Below are positions 8,983-19,089 of a stretch of DNA of 55,934 bases, piece by piece. Every line of letters begins with the position of its first letter. Positions within the stretch are counted from its first letter, which is position 1. The stretch spans positions 434,892-490,825 of the forward strand of contig JAXLYJ010000005.1 of the NCBI GenBank assembly GCA_046351515.1, in the 5' to 3' direction. This DNA comes from Polyangiales bacterium. Lineage in GTDB: Bacteria > Myxococcota_A > Polyangia > Polyangiales > Ga0077539. The position numbers and the translations under genes are program-made. The notes below the pieces were generated by a model. It saw only the letters and a list, made by a program, of their open reading frames with translations, was not told the origin of the DNA and did no database searches.

Positions 8983-11900
8983 ATGGCGGACTTCGCTCAT
9001 CTGCACGTGCACTCGCAGTACTCCATGCTCGACGGCGCGATTCGAGTGAAAGACCTCGTGAAGCGCACCGCTGAGCTCGGCATGAAGGCCGTCGCGCTCA
9101 CCGATCACAACAACATGCACGGCGCCATCGACTTCTACAAAAAGGCGAAAGAAGTCGGCGTAAAACCGCTGCTCGGGTGCGAGCTCGGGTTTCTGTTTCC
9201 GGGGCAAGAGAAGAAGCTCGACGCCAAGGGGCTCGATCGAACGCCCGCGCATCACATGGTCTGCATCGCCCGCAACATGACGGGCTACAAGAACTTGATC
9301 GCGCTCGTATCGAAGGCCTGGGTCGACACTCCGTCGCACCTCGAGCCGCGCGTGACGCTCGAAGACCTCGCGGCCAAGCGCGACGGAATCATCGTGCTCA
9401 CCGGCTGCCTCGGAGGGCTCGTCCCGCAGTCGGTGCTGCAGTTCTCGCCGAAGGCGGGCGCGGACCTTCTCGCGAACCTGCGCGACGTCGTCGAGAAGGA
9501 CATGCTCTTCGTCGAGCTGCAAAATCACGGGCTCTACGAGCAGCCGATCGTCAACGAGATCTTGATCAACGCCGCGAAGGACCTCGGCTTGCCCTTCGTC
9601 GCCACCAACGATTGCCACTACCTCAAGCGCGACGACTCCATCGCAGGAAAGCTCCTCGGCTGCATCGCCGGAGGCATGACCCTCGACGACTACAACCGCA
9701 CCGATCACGGCTCGACCGAGATGTACTTGAAGAGCCCGGACGAGATGTTCGAGGCCTTCAAAGACTTTCCTGACGCCGTGAAGAACACGATGGGCGTGCT
9801 CGAGCGGTTGGAGCACGTGGACCCCACGCACAAGCCCATGTTGCCGAAGTACCGCGACGAGGTCGGCAACGTCGTCGACAACGTCGATGACTACTTTCGC
9901 GAGCTCTCTCGCGCGGGTCTTCAGAAGCGCTTCGACGGCTTCAAGAAGATCGGCAAGAAGGTCGACGAGCAGGCGTACCGCGATCGACTCGAGATCGAGG
10001 TCAACGTCATCAACAAGATGGGGTTTCCTGGGTACTTCTTGATCGTCCAGGACTTCATCAATTGGTCCAAGGCCAACGGAATCCCCGTCGGTCCGGGCCG
10101 CGGCTCCGGCGCGGGTTCGCTCGTCGCGTACTCGCTCGGCATCACCGACCTCGATCCGCTTCCGTACAACCTCCTCTTCGAGCGCTTCTTGAACCCCGAG
10201 CGCGTGTCCATGCCGGACTTCGACGTGGACTTCTGCATGCTCAAGCGCGAGCGCTCGATCCAGTACGTCCGAGAGAAATACGGGACGCTCTCGGTCGGTC
10301 AGATCGCGACGTTTCAGCTCTTGAAGAGCAAGAGCGTCGTGCGCGACGTCGGACGCGCGCTCGGAATGCCGTTCAGCGAAGTCGACGCGGTCGCCAAGCT
10401 CGTTCCCGATCCCGTGCAAGGGAAGAACGTCTCGATCGCCGAGGCCATGGAGCAAGAGCCCAGGCTCAAGGCCATGTACCAAGAAGGCGGCAGCACGAAA
10501 GAGCTGCTCGACCTCGCGCAGAAGGTCGAGAACATGAACCGCCACGCCGGCATGCACGCCGCCGGCATCGTGATCTCCGAAGGACCGTTGTGGGAGACCG
10601 TTCCGGTCTTCAAGGGCTCGTCGGGCGAGCTCGTCACGCAGTACGCGAAAGAAGAGGTCGAATACGCGGGGCTCGTGAAGTTCGACTTTCTCGGGCTCAC
10701 GACGCTCACGGTGCTCGACATCGCGGTCGCGCTCATCAACAAGCGGCCCGACATCGTCGCGTCGGGCCAGGGCTTCGATCACAACACGATCCCCGTCGAC
10801 GTGAAGGACGTGCCCGAGTCGAACCCCGATCTCAAGCGCAAGGTCGCAGAGACGTACGAGCTGCTGCAGAGCGGTGAGACCACGGGCGTGTTTCAGCTCG
10901 AATCGACGGGCATGCAGAAGCTCTTCAAAGACCTTCGGCCCAAGCGCTTCGAAGACATCGTCGCCGCCGTGGCGCTCTACCGTCCGGGCCCGCTCGGGAC
11001 GGGAATGGTCGAAGACTTCGTCAACCGCGTGAACGGCCGCGCCAAGACCGAGTACCCGCACCCCGACCTCGAAGACATCCTCCAAGACACGTACGGCGTC
11101 ATCACGTACCAGGAGCAAGTGATGATGATCGCCCGCAAAATGGGCGGTTATTCGCTGGGCGGCGCCGACATGCTCCGCCGCGCCATGGGCAAGAAGAAGC
11201 CCGAGGAGATGGCCAAGCAGAAGAGCATCTTCGTCGATGGCGCGAAGAAGAACGGCTACGACGAGGCCACCGCGGTTCGCATCTTCGATCTGCTCGAGTA
11301 CTTCGCGGGCTACGGCTTCAACAAGAGCCACTCTGCGGCGTACGCGCTGATCACCTATCAAACCGCGTTTCTCAAGGCGCACTACCCCGCGGAGTTCTGC
11401 TGCGGGACGCTCACGAGCGACCTCGGCAAGATCGACAAGCTCGTCGGCACGATCGCAGAAGCGCGCTCGTTGGGCATTCCGGTGCTTCCACCGGACGTCA
11501 ACGAATCGCAGCGCGAGTTCGCTGTCATCTACGACGAGCGCCCGCGCAAAGTGAACCCGAAGGCCAAGCTGCGCGCCGAGCGCGACCCGTGGCGTCCTCG
11601 CATTCGCATCGGGCTCGGCGGCGTTCGCGGCGTGGGCGACGGCGCGGTGGACGCGATCCTCGAGCAGCGCGCGAGCGGAGGGCCGTTTCAAGACCTCTTC
11701 GACTTCTGCGCGCGCGTGGACATGCGACGGGTGAACAAGGCGGTGGTCGAGGCGCTCGTGCAATCGGGCGCGTTCGACCAGAGCCTCGAGCGCGTGGGCG
11801 CGACGAGGGCGCAGGCCTTTCACGCGATCGACCAGGCGATCGAGCGCGGAAAAGGCGTGGCGAAAGAGCGCGCCTCGGGCCAGATGGGCTTGTTCGCGGT

Positions 11901-12681
11901 GACCGAGATCGTCGCGCCGAGCGCGGGCTATCCCGAGCTCAAGCCCGAGGACACGTGGGACAGCGCGGATCAGCTCAAGCGCGAGCGGTCGTACCTCGGG
12001 TTTTATCTCTCGGGGCACCCGCTCGATCGCTTTCAAGAAGAGGTCAAGCGCGTGTCCAACTGCGCGGTGTCCGAGCTTCCGACGCGACGGCACAACGACG
12101 AGGTCTCGCTCGTGGGGGTGGTCGAGGGCTATCGCGAGAAGCCCATCAAGACCGGAGGACGCATGGCGTTCTTCATGCTCGAGGACAAGAGCGGCCGCGT
12201 CGAGGTGATCGTGCGCGCGCGCACGCTGCAAGAGATCACGGACACGCTGAAGCTCGACAGCAAGCAGACGCTCGACACGGTGCTCTTCAAGCCCGGCGAA
12301 GCGGTGCTCGTGAACGGAAAGGTTCAAGTCGAGATCAAGCGCGACGAGAACGGCGAGATCGCCGAGGACCAGGGCGACGAAGAGCCCGAGCGCAAGGTGA
12401 CGCTGCTCTCAGCGACGCTCTTGTCCGAGGCGCTGAAGAACCGCGCGCGCGAGGTGCACCTGCGCCTCGATCCCACGGTCGCCACCGAGACGAGGCTCGC
12501 CGCGCTGAAAAAAGCGCTCAGCGAACACAGCGGAAAGATCCCGGTGCGAGCGTTTCTCGCGCTGCCCGACGGCGCGACGGTCACCGTGCTGCTTCCTCGC
12601 GATCTGTGCGTCGATCCCGGCGAAGCGTTCATGTCGCGGGTCGAGAAGATCTTCGGTCAGAAGGTAGCAGAGCTCCGGTAG
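8983..12681 (+). CDS. dnaE: DNA polymerase III alpha subunit
   Basis: PHP domain MADFAHLHVHSQYSMLDGA…LTDHNNMHG. Polymerase core and OB-fold regions throughout. 1232 aa. Confidence 0.97.
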   Translation: MADFAHLHVHSQYSMLDGAIRVKDLVKRTAELGMKAVALTDHNNMHGAIDFYKKAKEVGVKPLLGCELGFLFPGQEKKLDAKGLDRTPAHHMVCIARNMTGYKNLIALVSKAWVDTPSHLEPRVTLEDLAAKRDGIIVLTGCLGGLVPQSVLQFSPKAGADLLANLRDVVEKDMLFVELQNHGLYEQPIVNEILINAAKDLGLPFVATNDCHYLKRDDSIAGKLLGCIAGGMTLDDYNRTDHGSTEMYLKSPDEMFEAFKDFPDAVKNTMGVLERLEHVDPTHKPMLPKYRDEVGNVVDNVDDYFRELSRAGLQKRFDGFKKIGKKVDEQAYRDRLEIEVNVINKMGFPGYFLIVQDFINWSKANGIPVGPGRGSGAGSLVAYSLGITDLDPLPYNLLFERFLNPERVSMPDFDVDFCMLKRERSIQYVREKYGTLSVGQIATFQLLKSKSVVRDVGRALGMPFSEVDAVAKLVPDPVQGKNVSIAEAMEQEPRLKAMYQEGGSTKELLDLAQKVENMNRHAGMHAAGIVISEGPLWETVPVFKGSSGELVTQYAKEEVEYAGLVKFDFLGLTTLTVLDIAVALINKRPDIVASGQGFDHNTIPVDVKDVPESNPDLKRKVAETYELLQSGETTGVFQLESTGMQKLFKDLRPKRFEDIVAAVALYRPGPLGTGMVEDFVNRVNGRAKTEYPHPDLEDILQDTYGVITYQEQVMMIARKMGGYSLGGADMLRRAMGKKKPEEMAKQKSIFVDGAKKNGYDEATAVRIFDLLEYFAGYGFNKSHSAAYALITYQTAFLKAHYPAEFCCGTLTSDLGKIDKLVGTIAEARSLGIPVLPPDVNESQREFAVIYDERPRKVNPKAKLRAERDPWRPRIRIGLGGVRGVGDGAVDAILEQRASGGPFQDLFDFCARVDMRRVNKAVVEALVQSGAFDQSLERVGATRAQAFHAIDQAIERGKGVAKERASGQMGLFAVTEIVAPSAGYPELKPEDTWDSADQLKRERSYLGFYLSGHPLDRFQEEVKRVSNCAVSELPTRRHNDEVSLVGVVEGYREKPIKTGGRMAFFMLEDKSGRVEVIVRARTLQEITDTLKLDSKQTLDTVLFKPGEAVLVNGKVQVEIKRDENGEIAEDQGDEEPERKVTLLSATLLSEALKNRAREVHLRLDPTVATETRLAALKKALSEHSGKIPVRAFLALPDGATVTVLLPRDLCVDPGEAFMSRVEKIFGQKVAELR

Positions 12682-12743
12682 CAGACGCATTCGGGTGCTT
12701 GTGATCGCGCGTCGTTCGGGGTTAGACAGGATGGGTCGCCTCG

Positions 12744-13892
12744 ATGAGCACCACGCGCACCTGCACTGTTTGTGGCAAGGGCTTCGAGCCCCGCCTGCGC
12801 TTCCAGGTCGAAGAGAGTGAGGGTCGCGTTCGATACTTCTGTTCGCAGAAGTGTCAGCAAGCCTCGATGCTCGCCGGCGAGGGCGAGGGCGGCGTCCGCT
12901 GCTCGACCTGTGACAGCGAGTTTCGCCCTGAATTTGCCTGGCAAGTGAGCATCACCGACAGCGGGCGAAGGTACTTCTGCACGCAGGACTGCAAGGCCAA
13001 GGCGCCCGTGCCGACCGCCGCCGCAACGGGGCCCAAGCGCATCGCGGTCTTCAACCACAAGGGCGGCACTGGCAAGACCACCACGGCGGTGTCCGTCGCC
13101 TCGGGCCTCGCTGAAGCAGGCAAGCGCGTGCTGCTGGTGGACGTCGACGCGCAGGGCAACGTCGGCGTCTCGCTCGGCGTTCGCGGTGAGCGCACGCTCT
13201 ATCACGTCCTCGTGCTCGGCACCGATCCGCGCGAGGCGGCCATTCCGGTGACGGACAAGCTCGACGTGATCACCAGCAACGAGTCGCTCGCGGCGGCGGA
13301 GCTGTACCTCGCGGGCAGGCCGCACCGCGATCGCATTCTGCGCGAGCGAATGCTGGGCGCGGACGCGTACGACTACATCATCCTCGACTGCTCGCCGTCC
13401 CTCTCGCTGCTCAATCAAAACGCGCTGGTGTACGCGGACAACGTGCTCGTCCCGGTCTCGTGCGACTACCTCTCGCTCGTCGGAGTGAAGCAGGTGATCA
13501 AGACGCTGCGCGACGTCTACGAGCACTTGAAGCACCCGGTGCAGATCCTCGGGGTGATCCCGACGATGTACGACTCGCGCCACAAGATCGGTCGCGAGGT
13601 GATCGAGACGTTGCAGCAGAAGTTCGGCGAGCTGTGCTTTCCGCCGGTGCGCGCGAACATCAAGCTCCGCGAGGCGCCCGCGTCGCGGCAGTCGATCTTC
13701 GAGTACGCCTCGGACTCGTCGGGCGCCGAGGACTATCGCGCGGTCGTGCAGCGGGTGATCGCGCTCACCAGCCCGCAGAAGAAGCGCAAGAGCGCCGCGC
13801 CCGTCACGCCTGGCAAGGGAGTCACCAAGCCCGCGGCGACGCCTGAGCGCGGCGTGACCGTCGCGAGCGCCGATCGCGGAGTCTCGCAGTGA
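12744..13892 (+). CDS. ParA/MinD-family ATPase with an N-terminal tandem C4 zinc-ribbon (MJ0042-like CxxC…CxxxC x2) domain
   Basis: Deviant Walker A KGGTGKTT. ParA-like Walker A', Walker B and other motifs (LLVDVDAQGN, ILDCSPSLS). Two CxxC-(n)-CxxxC units in the first about 90 aa. Basic C-terminal tail. Confidence 0.85.
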   Translation: MSTTRTCTVCGKGFEPRLRFQVEESEGRVRYFCSQKCQQASMLAGEGEGGVRCSTCDSEFRPEFAWQVSITDSGRRYFCTQDCKAKAPVPTAAATGPKRIAVFNHKGGTGKTTTAVSVASGLAEAGKRVLLVDVDAQGNVGVSLGVRGERTLYHVLVLGTDPREAAIPVTDKLDVITSNESLAAAELYLAGRPHRDRILRERMLGADAYDYIILDCSPSLSLLNQNALVYADNVLVPVSCDYLSLVGVKQVIKTLRDVYEHLKHPVQILGVIPTMYDSRHKIGREVIETLQQKFGELCFPPVRANIKLREAPASRQSIFEYASDSSGAEDYRAVVQRVIALTSPQKKRKSAAPVTPGKGVTKPAATPERGVTVASADRGVSQ

Positions 13893-14284
13893 GCACGTCC
13901 TCTCGCAGAAAGCCCGCGCCCGTGCGCGAGGTGCTCGAGAGCGACGACGTGCGCAACATCCTCCGTGACGGCTTCTTCTCGACGGTGCCAGACGCGCCCA
14001 ACGACCACGAAGACGCGCTCGAGGACGAGCCCGCGATCGAGGCGAGCGGCCGGCGCTCGCTGACCACCGCGCAGCGCGCGAAGAAGAGCTCGAAGAAGGC
14101 GGCCAAAGAGCGGCCCGATCACTACAAGGTGATCTGCATCTCGCTCTACAACGACGACCTCGCGCTGCTCGATCGCGTCGTCAAAGAGCTGAAGAAGCGG
14201 GGATTTACCAAGGCCAATCGCTCGGCGGTCCTGCGCGCGGCGATGCAGCAGTTCGACCCGAGCAAGGTCGCCAAGGGGCTCTGA
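13889..14284 (+). CDS. Ribbon-helix-helix (CopG/ParG-like) protein, translationally coupled to the ParA-like gene (GTGA overlap)
   Basis: C-terminal RHH signature HYKVICISLYNDDLALLDRVVKELKKRGFTKANRSAVLRAAMQQF. Basic/acidic disordered N-terminus. Start overlaps the upstream stop by 4 nt. Confidence 0.7.
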   Translation: MSTSSRRKPAPVREVLESDDVRNILRDGFFSTVPDAPNDHEDALEDEPAIEASGRRSLTTAQRAKKSSKKAAKERPDHYKVICISLYNDDLALLDRVVKELKKRGFTKANRSAVLRAAMQQFDPSKVAKGL

Positions 14285-14335
14285 GCGCTCGATTCCCCCG
14301 ATGCGCGGCGCTCGCGCGGACGAGCGGCAGGCGCC

Positions 14336-15121
14336 TCAGTCGATGCCGGCGACGTGGACGATCAGCGCGGTGATGTTGTCGGGGCCGCCGTTTTCGTTGG
14401 CCCGGCCGATGAGCTTCGAGCACGCCGTCTTGTAGTCGCCGTGGTGGTCTTCGATGATCTGCAGGATGTCCTCGTCCGAGACGGGGCCGCACAGACCGTC
14501 GGAGCAGAGCATGAACACGTCGCCCACGCGCGGAGACTCGAGCCTCGTGTCCACCTTGACGGTGTCCTTCATGCCGAGCGCTCGCACGATCACGTTTTTG
14601 TGCGGAAAGTTCGCGATCTCTTCCGCCGAGAGCTTGCGCATCTTCAGGTAGTCGTTGAGCAGCGAGTGGTCCTCGGTCATCTGCTCGATCTGGTGATCGC
14701 GCACGCGATACACGCGCGAGTCGCCGACGTGCGCGATGTAGATCCCCTCGCGCGTCCCGATGACGGTGACGACCGTGGTGCCCATACCGCGGTAGCGCGG
14801 CTCGCGCTGCGAACACTCGTAGATGCGGAGGTTCGCCAGCTTGATCGCGGTGACGAGACGGTTCTCTTCGTACCCGCGGTGCTTGTCCATCTTGTACGGC
14901 CACGTCGCGTCCGGGTCCTTCGACGTGGCGTCGAAGAACTCGCGCATCGAGTCGACCGCCATCTTCGAGGCGACCTCACCCGAGGCGTGCCCGCCCATGC
15001 CGTCCGCAACGACGACGAGGTTTTCGTCCGCAAAAATCGCGTACGAATCCTCGTTGTGCGTGCGCTTCATCCCGACGTTGGTCTCGCCGGCAAATTCGAG
15101 ACGCACGACTCCGTTCGCCAC
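14336..15121 (-). CDS. PP2C-family Ser/Thr protein phosphatase
   Basis: Motifs FADENLVVVADGMGGHASGEVAS, HVGDSRVY, DGLCGPVSDED, GGPDNITALIV. 261 aa. Confidence 0.9.
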   Translation of the reverse strand: MANGVVRLEFAGETNVGMKRTHNEDSYAIFADENLVVVADGMGGHASGEVASKMAVDSMREFFDATSKDPDATWPYKMDKHRGYEENRLVTAIKLANLRIYECSQREPRYRGMGTTVVTVIGTREGIYIAHVGDSRVYRVRDHQIEQMTEDHSLLNDYLKMRKLSAEEIANFPHKNVIVRALGMKDTVKVDTRLESPRVGDVFMLCSDGLCGPVSDEDILQIIEDHHGDYKTACSKLIGRANENGGPDNITALIVHVAGID

Positions 15122-15339
15122 AGTGCTCTACCTCTCGCTGATCGTGATTCGTGTCGCGCCGCCATCGTGACGGCGCTCGACGTTCGGTGAATGCTGCCGA
15201 GGACGGGCCGCAGAGTCAATCAAAGCGTGAGGGGCCTTGTCCGCATACCCGAACGGCGGGCGCCGCGTGGTTCGCCGCAGCCTCGACGAGTCCAGCGTCG
15301 AGAGCGATCTCGATCGCAGCCGGTCTGGCGACGCTCGGG

Positions 15340-18300
15340 TCAGGCGCTTCGGGCGCGTTCGATCCTCGCGCGCAGCCATTGCGGGTCGACAGGACCGGCG
15401 CCCTCGTGCTCGAGGGCGAGCAGCGCGGCCCGCAGCGGGGCGTGTCCGCGGTGCAGTCCGCGAGCAAAAAAGCCGCTCAACGCCCGTTCGGCGTCGGCCT
15501 CTGAGCTCCACCGCTGCGCAGGCGCGAGCAGCGTCCAGTCGACCCACAGAACCCGCGCCCGTCCGTCGCGTCCTCCCGTGGCCGCCACACGACCGCACGG
15601 CGTCAACGCGACATCGTGCACGAAGGTCTCGTGTCCGCCGAGCGCGAAGGGCCGCTCGCGATCGACGTCCCAGACGCGCACCTGACCGGCGGCGTCGACG
15701 GCGACGAGCACTTTTCCGTCGCGTGAAATCGAGACGCCTGTGACCACGGCCCCTTGCGGAAGCACCGCCACGGGCTCGAGCGTCGCGAGGGCGTAGACCC
15801 GCGCTGTTCCGTCGCGCAGGCCCACGGCGGCGAAGCGCCCGTCCGTCGTGCACACGACATCGAGCGCGTTGGAAGCGTTTGGCAGCGCGCCGATCGGTCT
15901 CAGCTCGCTGTCGTGCACGGTGGTCGGACCGTTGAGCCTCGCCACCAGCAACGAGTCCGTCTCGCTCACGATCGCCGCCCGCGAGACGTGCGCGATCGCG
16001 TGCGCCCGCGAAGCGCCCGCGATGGTGTGCAGCTCGATCGCGTCCTGCCCCACCAGCGCCACTCGGCGCGCGGTCGGGTCCGTCGCGAGCCTCCGCGTCA
16101 CGATCGCCGTCGGCGCGCTCGCCACCAGGGCGCCGGTGATCGGCTCGCGCCACTCGAGCACCGCGCCGCGCGCGATGGCCAGGAGCCCGCCGCACGGCGC
16201 GACTTGAAAAGTGCGCACGGATTCAGCGAGCCTGAGCTCGGACAGCACGCGTCCGCTGCGGGTCTCGATCGCCAGCACTCGGGTGTCGCCCGTGGTGACG
16301 TAGAGAATTTCTCCGTCCGGCGAAAGTTCGACCGTGTGCGCCGCGCCCGCGACCGCTTCGAAGCTCGCGCCCGTCCACGCGCCGCGCAGCGCGCCCCGAC
16401 CGCACACCGCCGAGAGCCTGCGCCACGACCGACGCACGGCAGGCGAGCGAGCGTAGCCTTCGACGCTCTCTGCCGCTTCGAGCGCTCGCACCGCGTCGGA
16501 CCAGCGCTGCTCGTGCGTCGCGCGCTCGCAGCGCTCGAGCGCGTCCGCGAGGGACTCTTCGCGCGCGAAGGCCTCTTCGCTCGTCGTGGGGCGAAGGATC
16601 GGCGCCGCCGCTCGAACGCCTCGGCGCTCAGTGGAGAACACGTCGATGGTCCCCGCGCGAACGACGGCGATCCGAGGCCGGTCCGCCGCCGCTGCGAGCG
16701 CGATCGGTCGCTCGGCGATCGACGATCGCTCGGTGCGAACACAGCGATGCTCTCCCAAGCTCCACAGCCGCATCGCGCCTTCGGACGAGAGCGCGACCGC
16801 GAGCTGGGCGTCGCTCGTGGTGATCAACGCGCGAGGCGGAGAAGGGTCGCGCAGCGTCGCGACGCGCTCGAAGTCCTTCGTGCGCCACACGGCGATCGCG
16901 CCCCGCGCTCCCGCTTCGTCCAAGCCGCCGACGAGCAGCGCGCGGCCATCGGTCGAAAACGCAAGGCTCTCGGGCTCGCGGGTGAGCGCGAGGTGCGAGC
17001 GGCGCTCCATCGTTCGACCATCGAACAGCTGCACGCCGTGGGCGTGTCCGACGGCGACGAGCGCTCCGTGCGGGGCGACCGCGAGCGCGCTCACCTTCGC
17101 GTTGACCGTCGCGGTGCGCTCGGCGCCGGTGCCCGCTTCGATCAGCGTGAGCGTCGTGCGCTCGCCCTCGATGGACGCGACGACGAGCTCGGCCGTGGGC
17201 GCGAAGCTCGCGCAATCGTACGTCCCCTGCCGCGCGAGATGCGCTCCTTGGCTCGAGGCGTGAACGAGCGATCGATCCGTCACCACCCACACTGAGCCAT
17301 CGCGACCGGTCCGCATCGCGCGAACGACGCCGTCGATCGACCACTCGCCGCGCAGCGAACCGTCGCTCGTCGCAAAGACCCTCAGCCACGATGAGCCTTC
17401 GGCGGTCGGACCGCTCGCCGCGAGCACCTCTCCGTCCCGCGAGAGCGCGGCGATCGACGCGGCCGCCGGCGTCTCCGCTGTGCAGACATGCGCGAGCGAA
17501 TCGCGAAGCGCTGGGCTCACGCGCGCGACGGCGGCGATCGCCTCGGGTGAGCTCGCTCCGAGCGAGCTGACCTCGGACAGGGCCGCTCGCGCGTCGATCA
17601 GGTCGCCGCGCTCTGCGTGCAGCGAAGCCGCGAGCAGCGCTGACTCCCACGAGGGCTCGCGCATCGCGCGCGCCTCGCTCAACGCGCGGACCGCTTCGTC
17701 GTCCGTGCATTCTCCGCGTCGCCAGCGCAGCAGCGAGCGCGCGAAGGTGGCTTGGGGGTGCGTCGGATCCGAGCGAAGGGCCTCGTCGAAGAGCACGAGC
17801 GCGAGGTCGGGCTCTTCGAGGTCGAGCTTGGAAGCGCCTCGGTTGTAGAGCGCGTCCGCTGGCGAGCGACGGACGCGCGTGGTGTCCGCGATGTGCCCGC
17901 CGCAGTGCCTCGCGAAGATCGCGCGCACTTCGTCGGCGGCGGCCTCGAGCGTGTTGGGCCTGGCGCTCTGCCGAGGCGCGAAGCACCGCTCGAGCAGCGC
18001 CGCGAGCTCTTGGGGAATCACCGGGATGTGCGGCAACGGCGGCCCTTCGAGCAGCAGCTGCGCGAGCGCGTCGGGCGCGGCGGGGCCCGACATCCATGTG
18101 AGCGCTCCGGTGAACATCTCGAGCACCGTCGCGGCCCACGAGAACAAGTCCGTGCGGCGAGTGATGGCCACCTGCGTGCCTTGCGAGGCCGCGAGCTGCT
18201 CGGGCGAGGCGTACGCGGGAGTCATGCCCGAGAAGCGAACGATGAGCGTCCCGTCATTGGTGGGCCGCGGACCGTTTTGCGTCGGGGCGTGCGCGGCGCG

Positions 18301-19038
18301 CGCGAGGCCGAAGTCCGTCACCTTGGCGATGAAATCGTGGGTGAGCAGGACGTTGGCGGGTTTGACGTCCTGGTGGACGAGCCCTCGCTCGTGCGCGTGG
18401 TGCAGCCCGCGCGCAGACTGCATCGCGATCGCGAGCATGCGGGCGAGGGGCGCGTCGCACTGATAGAGCTTTCCGCTGCGAATCGCCTGCTGAAGTGAGC
18501 CGCCGTCGACAAACTCTGCGAACAGCCACGGAACGCCGTCGCGCACCCGCGTGTAGTAGCAAGTCGTGACGAACGGATGCAGCCCGAGCCCGCTCCACGC
18601 TTCTGCCTCGCGCACCACGGTCTTCTTCGCTCGCTCGTCGAGCGCGCTCTTTCGAGGGACCTTCACCGCGAGGTCGATCCCCCAGCCGCGGTGAAACACA
18701 CGGTACACCCGCCCCATCCCGCCCTCGCCGAGCAGCGTGCGCGGCTCGTACAGATCCCAGTCCGAAGGGATCTCGGAGGGAGGCTCGGCCGCGGAGTGTG
18801 AAGGCTCCGCCGCTGGCTGCGCTCTGCCGTCCCGCTGCGCGTACGCCCGTCGCGCCTCTTCGAAGATCGCGCCGTTGTTGACCTGCTCGAGCGCGAGCGC
18901 CGCGTTGATCGCCTCGACCTCTCGATCGATGCGCCCGCGATCCGCCGTGGCCGAGCGCGCGCGCGCTTCGAGCTCGTCCCTTCGCGTGAGCAACGCGACG
19001 ATGCGCTGAATGTCCGGTGAGTCTCGGTTGCTTCCCAT
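15340..19038 (-). CDS. Ser/Thr protein kinase (1233 aa) with helical/TPR-like middle region and C-terminal WD40/beta-propeller repeats
   Basis: Hanks kinase domain (GEGGMGRVYRV…VKV…HRDVKPANVLL…DFGLA…) starting at internal ATG (MGSNRDSP). Long repeat region with …VRVWDV… and …RLWSL… type beta-propeller blades. The Arg-rich N-terminal 394 aa of the tracked ORF is antisense to the neighbouring kinase gene and is rejected. Confidence 0.85.
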   Translation of the reverse strand: MGSNRDSPDIQRIVALLTRRDELEARARSATADRGRIDREVEAINAALALEQVNNGAIFEEARRAYAQRDGRAQPAAEPSHSAAEPPSEIPSDWDLYEPRTLLGEGGMGRVYRVFHRGWGIDLAVKVPRKSALDERAKKTVVREAEAWSGLGLHPFVTTCYYTRVRDGVPWLFAEFVDGGSLQQAIRSGKLYQCDAPLARMLAIAMQSARGLHHAHERGLVHQDVKPANVLLTHDFIAKVTDFGLARAAHAPTQNGPRPTNDGTLIVRFSGMTPAYASPEQLAASQGTQVAITRRTDLFSWAATVLEMFTGALTWMSGPAAPDALAQLLLEGPPLPHIPVIPQELAALLERCFAPRQSARPNTLEAAADEVRAIFARHCGGHIADTTRVRRSPADALYNRGASKLDLEEPDLALVLFDEALRSDPTHPQATFARSLLRWRRGECTDDEAVRALSEARAMREPSWESALLAASLHAERGDLIDARAALSEVSSLGASSPEAIAAVARVSPALRDSLAHVCTAETPAAASIAALSRDGEVLAASGPTAEGSSWLRVFATSDGSLRGEWSIDGVVRAMRTGRDGSVWVVTDRSLVHASSQGAHLARQGTYDCASFAPTAELVVASIEGERTTLTLIEAGTGAERTATVNAKVSALAVAPHGALVAVGHAHGVQLFDGRTMERRSHLALTREPESLAFSTDGRALLVGGLDEAGARGAIAVWRTKDFERVATLRDPSPPRALITTSDAQLAVALSSEGAMRLWSLGEHRCVRTERSSIAERPIALAAAADRPRIAVVRAGTIDVFSTERRGVRAAAPILRPTTSEEAFAREESLADALERCERATHEQRWSDAVRALEAAESVEGYARSPAVRRSWRRLSAVCGRGALRGAWTGASFEAVAGAAHTVELSPDGEILYVTTGDTRVLAIETRSGRVLSELRLAESVRTFQVAPCGGLLAIARGAVLEWREPITGALVASAPTAIVTRRLATDPTARRVALVGQDAIELHTIAGASRAHAIAHVSRAAIVSETDSLLVARLNGPTTVHDSELRPIGALPNASNALDVVCTTDGRFAAVGLRDGTARVYALATLEPVAVLPQGAVVTGVSISRDGKVLVAVDAAGQVRVWDVDRERPFALGGHETFVHDVALTPCGRVAATGGRDGRARVLWVDWTLLAPAQRWSSEADAERALSGFFARGLHRGHAPLRAALLALEHEGAGPVDPQWLRARIERARSA

Positions 19039-19089
19039 CCGTGTCTCGGCCGAAGCGACGGTATCATCGAGCGACGAGGACCGCGCTGA
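19039..19089. promoter_or_regulatory. 51-bp head-to-head intergenic region between two divergent Ser/Thr kinase genes. The promoters and 5'-UTRs must overlap.
   Basis: Start codons at 19038 (minus strand) and 19090 (plus strand) by residue counting. Confidence 0.5.

Noticed and set aside
8380-12327. 1315-aa ORF on the minus strand
   Set aside because: Antisense to dnaE, Arg/Leu/Asp-rich with no domain logic. Typical stop-codon-poor shadow frame of 70% GC DNA.
15754-18139. ORFs 15754..17295 (+) and 16628..18139 (-), both over 500 aa
   Set aside because: Alternative or antisense frames inside the 1233-aa kinase gene, with extreme Arg content.
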